Below, piece after piece: positions 31,204 through 41,914 of a DNA stretch of 64,000 nt. The stretch is from Ostreococcus lucimarinus. Taxonomy: Eukaryota. The notes beneath the pieces were generated by a model. The model made no database searches. It saw nothing but the letters and a program-made list of their open reading frames with translations, and had not been told where the DNA came from. Position 1 is the first letter of the stretch, and the number at the start of each line of letters is the position of its first letter. The position numbers were made by a program, and so were the translations under genes. The stretch lies in NCBI GenBank assembly GCA_000092065.1, contig CP000587.1. One strand, 5' to 3'.

Positions 31204-32205
31204 TCACGCGTCGTCGTCGTCGTCGTCGGACGACGCGTTGCCTAATAAAGGCGCGGTGGTTTGCGCGACGTCCTCGCGCGTCGCGGTTTCGGCGGCGGCG
31301 CGACCTTCGTACGCGGCGAGGCACTCCTCGTCGCTCGCGCGCCAATACGCGGGCGCGCACCAACACCACAGCAATTCGCAAAACGCACCGTCGCGCTCCC
31401 AGCACGGTTCGGCGATGCCCTCGACCCAGCCGCGTTCGAGCGCCCAGACGTACGCGCCGCCGAGCGCGGCGTACGCGACGACGGCGCTCAACGCGACGAC
31501 GAGCGCCGCGCGAAGCGCCGCCCGACCGGCGCCGCCCTTCGCGAACGTCGACGGCGGCGGCGGCGGCGGCGGTGGTTTCGGCGGCATCGGCGGCGCGTCG
31601 GGCGGCGTCGGCGGGCTCGGCGCGCCCGGCGCGACCGACCCGACGACGCCGAGGAAATCAATCTCCGCCACCGCTCGCGCGCCGCACGGCAAAATCTTAT
31701 TCCGACACTTCATCGTCACCGTAAACTCCGTCCAAGACCCATCCTTCGGCGCCCCCTCCAGCGCGCACCGCTCGCTCGTCTCCCTCACCTCGCAAAACTT
31801 CCCGTCGTACCTCTCCGTCAGCGCCGCGTTTTGCGTCGTCAGTCGCGTCGCGTACGCGTCGCATCCCACCGCGCTGCACGCCGCGTCCCCTCCGTACGTC
31901 GTCGGTCCCAGCGCCGATCTCTCCCGCGTCGACGCGTTGAACGTCACCGTCTCTCCCGTCGGCAGCGTCGCCTCGCCCGCGCGTATCGTGAACGTCTCGA
32001 CGCACGACGCGCTCGGCGAGCAGACGATTCGGCACCGAAACGACGCGTGGCACTTCGACGCGTCGTCCACCGTCGCGCGCGCGCTCGCGCACGAGAATCG
32101 AGGCGGCGCGCACGACGACGCGAGCGCCGCGCCGGCGGTCGTCGCGACGCGCGCGACGAGCGCGACGGCGACGAGCGCGGCGGTGGATCGCGCGCGAGGC
32201 ATCAC
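31204..32205 (-). CDS. type I membrane protein: signal peptide, Cys-rich ectodomain, Pro-rich stalk, TM helix, acidic tail (hypothetical)
   Basis: MMPRARSTAALVAVALVARVATTAGAAL signal. About 16 Cys in the ectodomain. PPPPPPPP stalk. TM ALVVALSAVVAYAALGGAYVW. Confidence 0.45.
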   Translation of the reverse strand: MMPRARSTAALVAVALVARVATTAGAALASSCAPPRFSCASARATVDDASKCHASFRCRIVCSPSASCVETFTIRAGEATLPTGETVTFNASTRERSALGPTTYGGDAACSAVGCDAYATRLTTQNAALTERYDGKFCEVRETSERCALEGAPKDGSWTEFTVTMKCRNKILPCGARAVAEIDFLGVVGSVAPGAPSPPTPPDAPPMPPKPPPPPPPPSTFAKGGAGRAALRAALVVALSAVVAYAALGGAYVWALERGWVEGIAEPCWERDGAFCELLWCWCAPAYWRASDEECLAAYEGRAAAETATREDVAQTTAPLLGNASSDDDDDDA

Positions 32206-32221
32206 ACGCGCGCGCGGCGCA

Positions 32222-32752
32222 ATGACGACGGCGACGCGCGTCGCGCGCGTCGCGCGCGCGGGACGCGCGGGCGCGGACGCGCGTCGAACGACGCGACGCG
32301 CGGGCGCGAACGCGCGTCGAACGACGCGACGCGCGACGCGCGGCGACGACGACGGCGACGGCGCCGACGACGCGCGCGGTGGTCGGTTTTACGCGTACGA
32401 CGCTCGAACGTGGCGCGCGTTCGAGGACGCGTTCGGCCGGTGGCCCGCCGAGGCGTGGTTCGCGCCGTTGCAGGCGTCGATCGCGATCGCGCTCGCGGGC
32501 GTCGTCGACGCGGGGTACAGCGGCGATTGGTCGCGCGTCGGCGCGCTGACGACGGAGCAAGAAGCGTGGACGAGACGATTCGTCGCGTTCGTCGCCGTGG
32601 CGCACGGCGTCGTGGGCGCGATCGCGAGGGATGTCGCGCTGAAGCGCGGCGCGGACGCGACGAGCGCGAACGCGGCGTTCGCGAAGACGTTCGTCGTCGG
32701 GTTCGTGGGACTCGTCGAGGCGGCGTTCGGCGGCGACGACGAAGACGCGTGA
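32222..32752 (+). CDS. small membrane protein with R-rich presequence (hypothetical)
   Basis: In-frame ATG at 32222. C-terminal hydrophobic segments (LQASIAIALAGVVDAG, FVAFVAVAHGVVGAI, FVVGFVGLVEAAFGG). Lies inside a long low-complexity ORF, so the call is tentative. Confidence 0.3.
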   Translation: MTTATRVARVARAGRAGADARRTTRRAGANARRTTRRATRGDDDGDGADDARGGRFYAYDARTWRAFEDAFGRWPAEAWFAPLQASIAIALAGVVDAGYSGDWSRVGALTTEQEAWTRRFVAFVAVAHGVVGAIARDVALKRGADATSANAAFAKTFVVGFVGLVEAAFGGDDEDA

Positions 32753-32940
32753 CGGAGGATCGACGTTCGCGGCGCGTTCGACGCGAATGACTGTAGCGTA
32801 ATGTTGTTTTAAATCTTTCATCGTGTACACTATCGCAGCGCGGCGGTGCGGTCGAGCGAAATTCGAATCAGGGCGACGCGTCGGCGTCGAGCGCTCGGAG
32901 CGAGCGAACCGCGCGTCACAGTTCGTCGCGCGCGCCGCTC

Positions 32941-33186
32941 GTGATGTCTGGCGAACAAGCCGGTCCTTCATTTGTGACGCCCGGCGACGCCGCCGCGCCG
33001 TCCGTGGTGACGACGGAGCTGATACAAAAGTATTTGGATGAGAATCAGCAACTGATTCTCGCGATCCTTGAGAATCAAAACGTCGGCAAGCTCGCGGAGT
33101 GCGCCAAGTATCAGACCAAACTGCAGGAAAACTTGATGTACCTAGCCGCCATAGCGGATGCGAAGCCGGCGGAGCCGTCGGAATAG
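32941..33186 (+). CDS. SS18/GIF (GRF-interacting factor) SNH-domain protein, possibly first exon only
   Basis: IQKYLDENQQLILAILENQNVGKLAECAKYQTKLQENLMYLAAIADAKP closely matches the SNH domain of plant GIF1/AN3 and animal SS18. Confidence 0.6.
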   Translation: MMSGEQAGPSFVTPGDAAAPSVVTTELIQKYLDENQQLILAILENQNVGKLAECAKYQTKLQENLMYLAAIADAKPAEPSE

Positions 33187-33268
33187 CGCGCACCGCGCTC
33201 GCAGCGGTCGTTTTGTAATGATTAGGAAGGAGTTTAGTACCAGTCGCGAGCGGCGTGATATTAAAAGT

Positions 33269-34588
33269 TTACGTTTGGACAATGGTTTGGATCGATGGAT
33301 CGATCCCGACGGAAAGACCTCGCGCCTCGATCATTTTCGTCAGTGCGTTGTACAGTGCGACGATGTGCGCGTCGCTCGCGAGCTCTATTTTCGTCAAGAG
33401 CGCGCCCAGCGTCAAGGAGCCGCCGACGTGCGTGATAAAGTTGGAGAGGTAGAGCGAGGAGAAGCACGAATTGATGACTTGGCAGTCCATGCGATCGGTG
33501 ATACCGCCGTGTCCGGGAATGGTTGCCGCGAAGTCTTTAATCTTGAACGCGCGCTTGAACCCAGAGGCGAAAAAGCCGCCAAACGGCGCGACGGCGCTCG
33601 CAAAGGTGCCGAGCGCGAGCGAGTGCACCATGAACATCGAGCAACGTACGGTGGCGATGCCGGTCAACTTGGTCGCCAGAGGACCGACGACGGTGCCGAG
33701 AAACATGGTGATCGGTTTATCGGACACGATGAACGGCTCGTTGGGAGCACAAATTTTGGCGCTCCGAGAAAAGATACCTCGAAAGTACATGTCGCCGCTC
33801 GGCGGACACGTAAAGTAACTAAACTTCTGCAAGTAAGACGCCATAGCCAGCGCAGCGACGAGAGTCGAAACAAACGCGCCCAAAAATCCTTCCCACGTCT
33901 TGTTGGGTGAAATCTTAATCAAAGGCGTCTTGCCGAAGATTTTCCCGAACACGTACGCCATGATGTCGTTGACGATGACGAGAAAGAGTGGAAACACGAA
34001 CCATATCATACCCTCTAAAAGATTGGAAACGTTGAAGTATCCCGTCATCGTCGTCGCCGCGACGATCATGTGCGTCCAAGCGAACTGTGCGAACTGATAC
34101 GCGTATCGCCCTTTCCTCAGCGTGAGCACGAAATACACCAATCCCACGAGATAGGCGCAATAGCTCAAAAACGTGTGGTGCATCGCCAACCAAGCTCCGG
34201 GGCTCACTTCGGCCCCGTTTTGTAACAACTCGTTCCACTCCTTCGCGCTCATGAACCCAAGATATAAGTACTTTGCGAATCTTCCGTACACCGCGAACGA
34301 CAGCGTCCAAAACCAGTACCACCGCAGCGTCGTCGTCGTCCTTCGCAACGCCGCCGTATCTTCCCCCGGCGCGTTCTCCTCCGCGTGCGCGTTCGACACG
34401 AACGCAAACAACTCCTTCGCCATCGCGAACTGCACCGCAAAGCACAGCATCATCGCGTACGCGTGTCCTCCGACGATGATGCTCGACGCGGCCGCGAGCA
34501 TGAGCAGCGTCGACTGCGTGCGCTGCCGCAGGCTTCGCCATCGCGCCCGCCCCTGCTCGATCACGCGCTTGGCGTGATCGATCGACAC
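33269..34588 (-). CDS. CDS1: phosphatidate cytidylyltransferase (CDP-diacylglycerol synthase, CDS1)
   Basis: CTP_transf_1 signature KTWEGFLGAF, GFKRAFKIKDFAATIPGHGGITDRMDCQ. Multiple TM helices. Confidence 0.85.
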   Translation of the reverse strand: MSIDHAKRVIEQGRARWRSLRQRTQSTLLMLAAASSIIVGGHAYAMMLCFAVQFAMAKELFAFVSNAHAEENAPGEDTAALRRTTTTLRWYWFWTLSFAVYGRFAKYLYLGFMSAKEWNELLQNGAEVSPGAWLAMHHTFLSYCAYLVGLVYFVLTLRKGRYAYQFAQFAWTHMIVAATTMTGYFNVSNLLEGMIWFVFPLFLVIVNDIMAYVFGKIFGKTPLIKISPNKTWEGFLGAFVSTLVAALAMASYLQKFSYFTCPPSGDMYFRGIFSRSAKICAPNEPFIVSDKPITMFLGTVVGPLATKLTGIATVRCSMFMVHSLALGTFASAVAPFGGFFASGFKRAFKIKDFAATIPGHGGITDRMDCQVINSCFSSLYLSNFITHVGGSLTLGALLTKIELASDAHIVALYNALTKMIEARGLSVGIDPSIQTIVQT

Positions 34589-34922
34589 CCGCCGCTTCGG
34601 CGCGCGCGGCGAGGACGGCGACGGCGGTTGATCATCCTGCGCGCGCGCGTCCGTCCGTCAGTCCTCTCGTCGCGTCCGCGCGCGGTCGCGCATCGCGGCA
34701 GCGCGTCCCAACGGCATTCTCCATCGACGCCGCGCCGCGTCGCGCGCGCGCGCCTCGTCGTCGCGCGCGTCGGCGCGCGCACCTCGTGTGCCCTGCTCCG
34801 CGACGCCGTCGTCGCGAGCGGCGTCTTCGCGCGCTTGCGCAGCTCGACCATGACGCGCGCGCGACTGCCGCGAGCGCCAGTGCGCGACGGGGCGCCGTCG
34901 CGGCCCGCCGTCGCGCGAACGC

Positions 34923-35049
34923 ATGCGCGCGCGACGCGACGACGACGACGACGATGACGACGACGCGCTCGAGCGCGTGCGTCGCGCGCGCGACGTCGTG
35001 GACGAGACGCTCGATTGTTTAGGCGTGAAGCGACGACCGAACGATGACG

Positions 35050-35082
<33 letters not shown>

Positions 35083-36593
35083 CGATGGACGTCGACGCGA
35101 ACGGGATCGGCGACGACGCGCTCGCGCGGCGAGGGAAACGGTCGCGGAAGGCGAGCGAGGTGATGGACGCGATGTCGAAGTTGAGTCTGGCGTTCGCGGC
35201 GGGACGCCGAGGCGAAGGCGAAGGCGCGGCGCCGACGACGCGCTCGAGCGCGGTGCGAAGGGCGACGATAGATTTGGGGTTAGACGATTTTAAGGCGTTG
35301 GATGGGGCGAACGCGATGGCCGAGGCGGCGATGGAGGACGCGGCGCGAGGGCGGGATTTGGAGTTGGAGGTGCGACGACCGCGCGACGAGACGGCGTGGT
35401 TGCTCGAACGCGCGTTGCGAGGGACGTTTGGAGGCGCGTCGAGCAGCGTCGATCGATTGACGTCGCTCACGCTTCGTGGAGGGAAAGGGCTGAGCGCGGA
35501 AGGGTTCGGGCGATTGATCAGCGCGCTGACGGACGCGCGGTCGTTGAAGAAGTTGGATTTATCTGCGTGCGGCTTGAGCGCGAGCGCCGGTGAACGCATC
35601 GCCGCCGTGCTGGACGAAAACGGTTGTCCGCTGGAGAGATTAGATCTCAGAGGAAATGCTATCGGAGCCGAGGGGACGTTGGCGCTCGCGAGCGCGCTGC
35701 GTAAGACGAAGACGCTCAAATCGTTGAATTTGGCGCAAAATTTAATCGGTGGCGACGGCCTTCGCGCTTTGGCGTCTGCACTCGCGGGCGAGACGAGCAT
35801 GGAAGAACTCGATATTCAACACAACGGATGCGGCGACGAAGGGTGCATGGCGCTCGCAACGCACGGTTTCGGTAGCAGGTTGGAGACTTTATTACTCGGT
35901 TTCAACGGCATTGGCGCTCAAGGCGCCCGGGCGATCGCCGAAGCCTTGCGCAAGCGACGCCGATCGGATGACGATGACGACATGGACACTCACGAACTAG
36001 ACGACGAAACCATCAATCGCGCGTCGAAAATCATGCGAAGACTCGATTTGAAGTGTAACGTGGTGGGTTCGGAGGGCGCGCACGCGATGGCCGACGCGTT
36101 GAACGACGTCGAAGACTTGGACTTGTCAAACAACTCGGTGCGCGACGGCGCAAAATGGCTCGCGAAGTCGCTCAAGTCCGGCGCGTCGAACTTGAAGCAA
36201 CTCAATCTTCAAGCGAACGAAATGACGGACGACGACGCGTGGTACATCGCCGACGCACTGGGGGAAAACAAGACTCTGAAGACGCTCAATCTGGGATCGA
36301 ACGCGTTTGGCGATTCCGCCGCGTCCGACATAGCCAGCGATCTTCGCGAAAACATCGCGCTCGAGACGTTAGATTTGACGCGCAACGGCATCGGACGCGA
36401 GGGCGCGTGCGAACTCATGGACGCCATGGATGAAAACACCACGCTCAGGAGACTCGGGCTGGAGAGTAATCTCATACCCGCCGAGACGACGATGGAGATG
36501 AAACGCCGCGTGGGCATTCGAGCGCAGTGCGATTGGCAGCGCGCCGGTTTCAGCGACGCGTCCGCCGCGCGAGCACCGATGAAATTCAATTGA
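34923..36593 (+). CDS. ribonuclease-inhibitor-like leucine-rich repeat (RNI/NLRC-type LRR) protein
   Basis: 28-29-residue repeats L..L.L..N.IG..G...LA.AL. Acidic tracts. N-terminal start uncertain. Confidence 0.6.
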
Positions 36594-37183
36594 TCCGCAC
36601 ATCGCGCCGACTCGACGCATCCATTCTCTCGGCCATCGCGCGCGACGCGCTCGCGCTCGCGCGCTCGTCTCGATTCGCCTCGTCGCCGACGTCGTCACGC
36701 GCCCGACAGCGCCCACACGCACGCCCTCGACGTCGCCGCCAGCGCCGCCCGCCGCGCCCACGAGTGTCTCGCCACCACGCGCGCGACCTCGACCGCGACC
36801 TCCAGCGCCGCGCGCGCGCGTTTCGCGATCCTTCTCGCGCGCGTCCTCGTCCCGCGTCGTCTCGCCGCGTCTCGACACATCGCGCGCGCGCGCCGTTCGC
36901 TCATCGTCGACGCGCCGCGTCCGACCATGAGCTCCGCGACGAACCATCGCGCGGCGTCGTCCGCGTCCTCGGCGCGCACCGCGATCCATCCCTCGTCGTC
37001 GTCGTCGTCGTCGTCGTCGTCCATCCGTCGCGAAGTGTCGATCCGTCTCGCGGTCTCGTATACGACGCACAACACGGACGGCGCGGCGCGACCGACGCGC
37101 GCGCGCGCGGCGCGACCTCCGTCTTTTCCGAGCGCGCGCGTAACGACGCAGCCTTTGCCGAACGCGCCGACGGAACGCACGCG

Positions 37184-37205
37184 ATGCAAATTTTCGTCAA
37201 GACAC
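37184..37205 (+). CDS. RPS27A: ubiquitin-40S ribosomal protein S27a fusion, exon 1 (MQIFVKT + 1 nt)
   Basis: ATGCAAATTTTCGTCAAGACAC | GTGCGTGA donor. Confidence 0.9.
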
Positions 37206-37217
37206 GTGCGTGATCGA

Positions 37218-37242
37218 GCGACGCGACGCGACGCGACGCGAC
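37218..37242. repeat. (gcgac)5 microsatellite in the ubiquitin-RPS27a intron
   Basis: Read directly. Confidence 0.8.
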
Positions 37243-37473
37243 CGCGCGCGGACGAGGGATGGCGACGGTCGATAGATTAGGGTTTTCGACGATGCGACGT
37301 CGACGGCGCGCGCGCGGACGCGCGCGCGCGCGCGAGGCACGCGCGGTGCGCTCGAAGATTTTCGCTCGCGCGCGACGTTCGGGGAGGGACGACGGGCGCG
37401 AGTCGACGGGGGTGGTGCGACGCGATCGATGATGGATCGGACGAGGGACGGGGGACGCGGGACGCGGGACTGA

Positions 37474-37935
<462 letters not shown>

Positions 37936-37971
37936 ACGGAGCGTGTGAGTCGTTCTAGAGTGATTAACGCT

Positions 37972-37976
37972 TGTAA
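37972..37976 (+). promoter_or_regulatory. TGTAA putative poly(A) signal 37 nt downstream of the RPS27A stop (another TGTAA overlaps the stop codon at 37931-37935)
   Basis: AT-richer island 37936-38010 between convergent genes. Confidence 0.3.
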
Positions 37977-38010
37977 AGAATGATGGAAATGCTACAAATC
38001 TCGTGCTAGA

Positions 38011-39069
38011 CTACCGCAAGGCGCTCTCGTCCTTGACGCCATAAATTTCGTCGTAACGCTTGTGACTGCGCGCTAAATCGACCACACCGCTCGCCCCAAA
38101 AAGACGCTCCACCGTTGCCGACGCGCACTGCTGCGTGGCGGTCGCGTCGTCGACACCGTGATACTCTCTGACGACTTTCGCCAACGCGTCGCACGGCACA
38201 AAGAGCACGCGCGGCCCTTCGTCCCCCAGAAACTTTTCGCCTCCGGGCTGGGAAAGCCGACAACACGCCATCGCGTGCGGCTCATCCATCGTGCTCACCT
38301 CTCGTCCGGTGTCGCTATTCAACACGTTGATCGGTCGCAATCGCTTGCACTCGACGACGCGAGTCGATCCGAGCACGTCGGCTTCGACGGCTTTCGCCGC
38401 CGCCTCGTCCGTCGTCTTTAGCAATCTGATCGCCTCCTTCCCACTCGTCGTCGCCTGCGTGGACGACCACAGACGAAACAAAAAGTAGTACAACGGAAAG
38501 TTACTGACCGGCGTCAAGAACATGGGCATGCTCAACGGCGCACCGAGCGCGTACATCGTCGTCGCCGCGCGCGCGTTCTTCGTCCCGTCGACGACGGTTC
38601 GCTCCACCAGCCTCCGCACCGCCCCCACGTCCACCCCGCTCGGGTACACGATCTCCACGCTCGACAGTATCTTCGGCATCTCCTTCAGCGCGCGCTCTCG
38701 AGGATCGATCCTGTCCATCGCGAACATCCCGAGCTCGTGTATCCGCCGCCTCGCCGACCCCGGCGCGCTCGCCGCCATCGCCCGCCACGTCTTCTCCCCG
38801 TAATCCACCGCCCTCGCGCCCCACCGTCGCACCCACGGCATCGCGCGATCGATCGTCCGCATCGCGCGCGTCGCCATCGTCCCGTTCGCGTCGTCGGCGC
38901 GTCCCATCGCTTCGCGCGCGCGCGCTTCCGCGGGCTCGACGACCGCCGCGCCGTGCGCCATCCATCGGTGCCCCTCGCGCGTCGTCGTCGACGTCGACGA
39001 CGTCGCCGCGCCTCCGAACGGCACCACCACCATCCGCGCCCGCGACGCGAGCGCGCGCCGCGTCGCCAT
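38011..39069 (-). CDS. conserved hypothetical protein (family not confidently assigned)
   Basis: Ordinary composition in the C-terminal 230 aa (TMYALGAPLSMPMFLTPVSNFPLYYFLFRLW...). Family not placed by eye. N-terminal part is low-complexity. Confidence 0.35.
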   Translation of the reverse strand: MATRRALASRARMVVVPFGGAATSSTSTTTREGHRWMAHGAAVVEPAEARAREAMGRADDANGTMATRAMRTIDRAMPWVRRWGARAVDYGEKTWRAMAASAPGSARRRIHELGMFAMDRIDPRERALKEMPKILSSVEIVYPSGVDVGAVRRLVERTVVDGTKNARAATTMYALGAPLSMPMFLTPVSNFPLYYFLFRLWSSTQATTSGKEAIRLLKTTDEAAAKAVEADVLGSTRVVECKRLRPINVLNSDTGREVSTMDEPHAMACCRLSQPGGEKFLGDEGPRVLFVPCDALAKVVREYHGVDDATATQQCASATVERLFGASGVVDLARSHKRYDEIYGVKDESALR

Positions 39070-39434
39070 CGCGCGCGCGCCGCGGTCTCGCGCGGCGGCC
39101 GTCGCGGCGTCGCGCGCGCGCGCCCGTAACCACCCGCGCGACGCCCGCGTCGTCGGTGATGCATCGTCGCGCGCATTCGCGTCGCGCGATGGGTCTCGAA
39201 CGCCTCGACTACGACGCCAGCGTGGCCGACTTTTTTATTTTTTATCAGATATTTTCGCGCGCCCCGAGATCTCGTAGTGTGCGCTTTCCGAACGGTATGT
39301 GCGTGCGCGACCATCGACGTCGCGTCGTCGACGTAACGCGCGATGGCGTCGTCACGCCGACGCGCCGTCGCGCGCGCCGCACACGACCGCGCGCGCGCCG
39401 GAATCTCGCGCGCGTCGCGACGGACGCGCGAACG

Positions 39435-40799
39435 ATGGCCGATTGCACCGTCGCCGTCGCGGAACGCGTCGACGAGGGCGCGCGCGACGCGAAAACGGGC
39501 GCGGATTCCACGACGCGCGCGACGCATGACGTCGATGGCGCGCGCGACGCGATCGACGACGACGGCGACGAGGGCGCGCGCGAGGGCGCGATGGCGACGC
39601 GAGACGCGACGGACGACGCGACGTTGGACGACGAACCAGCGCGGGACGCGAAGGGGAGCGATTCGCGGGAACGCACGGTGTTCATCGGCGGGACGAGCCA
39701 CGAGTGCGACGAGGCGCGCGTGCGCAGATTCTTCGAGGAGGAACACGACGCGAAGGTGGAGAACGTGAAGCTGATATACGATCGACAGACGCTGGTGAGG
39801 AAGGGATACGGGTTCGTGAAGTTTTACAGCGTCGAGGACGCGGCGCGGGTGAAGGCGATGGGGAAGGTGACGATCGACGGGAAGGCGGTGGACGCGAAGG
39901 AGGCGACGCGGGACGAACCGGCGAGCGCGGGAGAGGGACGAACGCGGGAGGGAAGACACGAGCGCACGCGATCGCACGGGAGCGGGAAAATGTCTCGGGG
40001 GAGTTCGCACAACTCGCTGAGCGAACACATGGGGCGGATGTCGGTCGGGAACGGGGCGAGAGTCTCGGGAGGGGCGCCGCAGCGACACCCCGCGGGGGGG
40101 GCGCCGCATCTTCGCGGCGCCAAGGCGTCCAAGGCGCAGTTGTCTCGATCGCCGAATTACGTCGGTGGGCTGGACGACGGGGCGAGCGGGAGCGAGAGCG
40201 GTGAACGATCGAACAGTGGCGCGCCGGGGACGGAGAACACCGTCTTTTGCGGGGGGCTTCCGCTGGAAGCCACGCCCGAGGCGCTCGGGTGGTTCTTCGC
40301 GCACTACGGCACCGTGCTCAGCGTAAAGCTGATTTACGACAAGCTCACCGGTGCGTGCAAGGGGTACGGCTTCGTCGTCTTCGCCGACGTCGCGATCGCC
40401 GAAATGGTCAAGGCACAGCGCCAAATTCCGTTCCTCGGGAAGATGATCGACGTGAGCGAGGCGATGCGTCACGTGGGGCGCCACGACGACGGACGAGGCT
40501 TCGCGCCGGGCGCGCAGTACGGCACCAAGCGCGCGATGGGTTACGGATCTCAAGGGCCATTTTACCCGCCGCAGATGTCCATGTACCCACCGCACATGGT
40601 CATGCCGCCGCACATGGCCATGGGGGGGCAAAATCCTCACATGGCTATGATGGCGATGCACCACATGCAGTTCGCGGGCTACCCGATGTACGCCAACGGA
40701 GCGACGGTGTACGGCATGCCTGGCGAGCATGTCGAAGACGACGAAGAAGACAGCGATGAAGTCGCGGCCGAGGGCGAAACTGTTGCCGCTTCCGAATAG
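39435..40799 (+). CDS. RNA-binding protein with two RRM domains and Met/Pro/His-rich C-terminal tail
   Basis: RRM1 TVFIGGTSHECDE...KGYGFVKF (RNP1). RRM2 TVFCGGLPLEAT...KGYGFVVF. Start at MADCTV (39435). Confidence 0.65.
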   Translation: MADCTVAVAERVDEGARDAKTGADSTTRATHDVDGARDAIDDDGDEGAREGAMATRDATDDATLDDEPARDAKGSDSRERTVFIGGTSHECDEARVRRFFEEEHDAKVENVKLIYDRQTLVRKGYGFVKFYSVEDAARVKAMGKVTIDGKAVDAKEATRDEPASAGEGRTREGRHERTRSHGSGKMSRGSSHNSLSEHMGRMSVGNGARVSGGAPQRHPAGGAPHLRGAKASKAQLSRSPNYVGGLDDGASGSESGERSNSGAPGTENTVFCGGLPLEATPEALGWFFAHYGTVLSVKLIYDKLTGACKGYGFVVFADVAIAEMVKAQRQIPFLGKMIDVSEAMRHVGRHDDGRGFAPGAQYGTKRAMGYGSQGPFYPPQMSMYPPHMVMPPHMAMGGQNPHMAMMAMHHMQFAGYPMYANGATVYGMPGEHVEDDEEDSDEVAAEGETVAASE

Positions 40800-40914
40800 A
40801 CGAGCGACTCTTTTTACTCGCTACGCTACGCTACGCACTACAACACACTACAAAAAAACGCCGCAGAAAAATAGAACGATAGATCCGCCATGTCATCACA
40901 CTCTCGCCTCTTGT

Positions 40915-41796
40915 TCAACGAAGTCGCTCATCGAGGCGCGAATCGTCTAAAAGCACTCTGGAATCGAGCTGCTTGTTATGCTTGCCCTGTCGTCGACTTT
41001 CGTACGATTCAAATCCATCCGTTCGCTTCAAAGTGCCGACGTCCACGAGAGTTCGTCTCAGGCTCAGCGTCGTCAACCGATCGCACGCGAGCAAAATTTC
41101 TCCCGGCACGCCGTCGCACTTCGTGTCGTCCACATCTATTTCCTTCAGCTTGACCGCGTGCGCCCACGCCACCGGCAACGCGCCACGCATTTCACGATTA
41201 CGCGCGAAACGAATGACCTCTAAATCAGCGCAATTCCCGAGTCCGGCGATCGCGTCGTCGAACGTCGTCAGCGCGTTCGCGCTCGCGTCCAACCGTCGAA
41301 GCCTTTTGCATTTCCCGAGCGTCCGCGGCAGCGCTCGCAGCGCGTTCTCGCGCACGTCCAAATCTTCGAGCGCGAGCAACGAATCGATGTCTTCCGGCAG
41401 CGCCGTCAATTTATTCCCTCGCAAGTCCAGCGTCTTCAAGTTGACGAGCGTCGAAAAGGCGCGCGGCAGCGCTCTCACCGCGTTGAAGCTCAGGTTCACC
41501 TTTTGCGCGTTTCGCAAGCTTCCGATCGCGTCGTCGACGTCGACGATGGCGTTCGACGCCAAGTCGAGCACGCGCACGCGCGCGCCGACGTCGCGTTCGA
41601 AGACGTACGGCGGCACGCGCGCGTGCCGCGCGTCGCGTTCGGTGACGATTCCGGTCGCCAGAGCCGTCTTCTTTCGCGATTCTTCGGCGTTCGCGCGGTT
41701 ACGCGATCGCCAGGCCGCGTCCCAGGCCGCGTCGACGCTCGACGTGACCTCGTTCCAGGCGTTCGCGACGCGGGCGAAGACTTCGTCGACGGACAT
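40915..41796 (-). CDS. leucine-rich repeat protein (typical 22-24-residue LRRs)
   Basis: Repeats LDLASNAI, VNLSFNAVRALP, LDLRGNKLTALP, LDVRENALRALP, LDASANALT. Start at MSVDEVF. Confidence 0.55.
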   Translation of the reverse strand: MSVDEVFARVANAWNEVTSSVDAAWDAAWRSRNRANAEESRKKTALATGIVTERDARHARVPPYVFERDVGARVRVLDLASNAIVDVDDAIGSLRNAQKVNLSFNAVRALPRAFSTLVNLKTLDLRGNKLTALPEDIDSLLALEDLDVRENALRALPRTLGKCKRLRRLDASANALTTFDDAIAGLGNCADLEVIRFARNREMRGALPVAWAHAVKLKEIDVDDTKCDGVPGEILLACDRLTTLSLRRTLVDVGTLKRTDGFESYESRRQGKHNKQLDSRVLLDDSRLDERLR

Positions 41797-41914
41797 GGAC
41801 GAGACGCCGCCGCGCGGCGTCCGGCGAGTGAGGCGCACGACCGGACGCGCGGCGGGAAGAATGTGCGTAGAATTACAACGATGCCGGAGCGATTAAAGAA
41901 TGGTGCGCGATCGA

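Noticed and set aside
31261-32790. 509-aa and 594-aa overlapping + strand ORFs across 30968-32790
   Set aside because: Almost pure Arg/Ala/Gly low complexity. They overlap a convincing minus-strand membrane-protein gene. Only the C-terminal hydrophobic part (32222-32752) was kept, as a tentative small gene.
38685-40730. 681-aa minus-strand ORF antisense to the two-RRM gene
   Set aside because: Arg/His/Val-rich nonsense composition. The plus strand encodes clean RRM domains.
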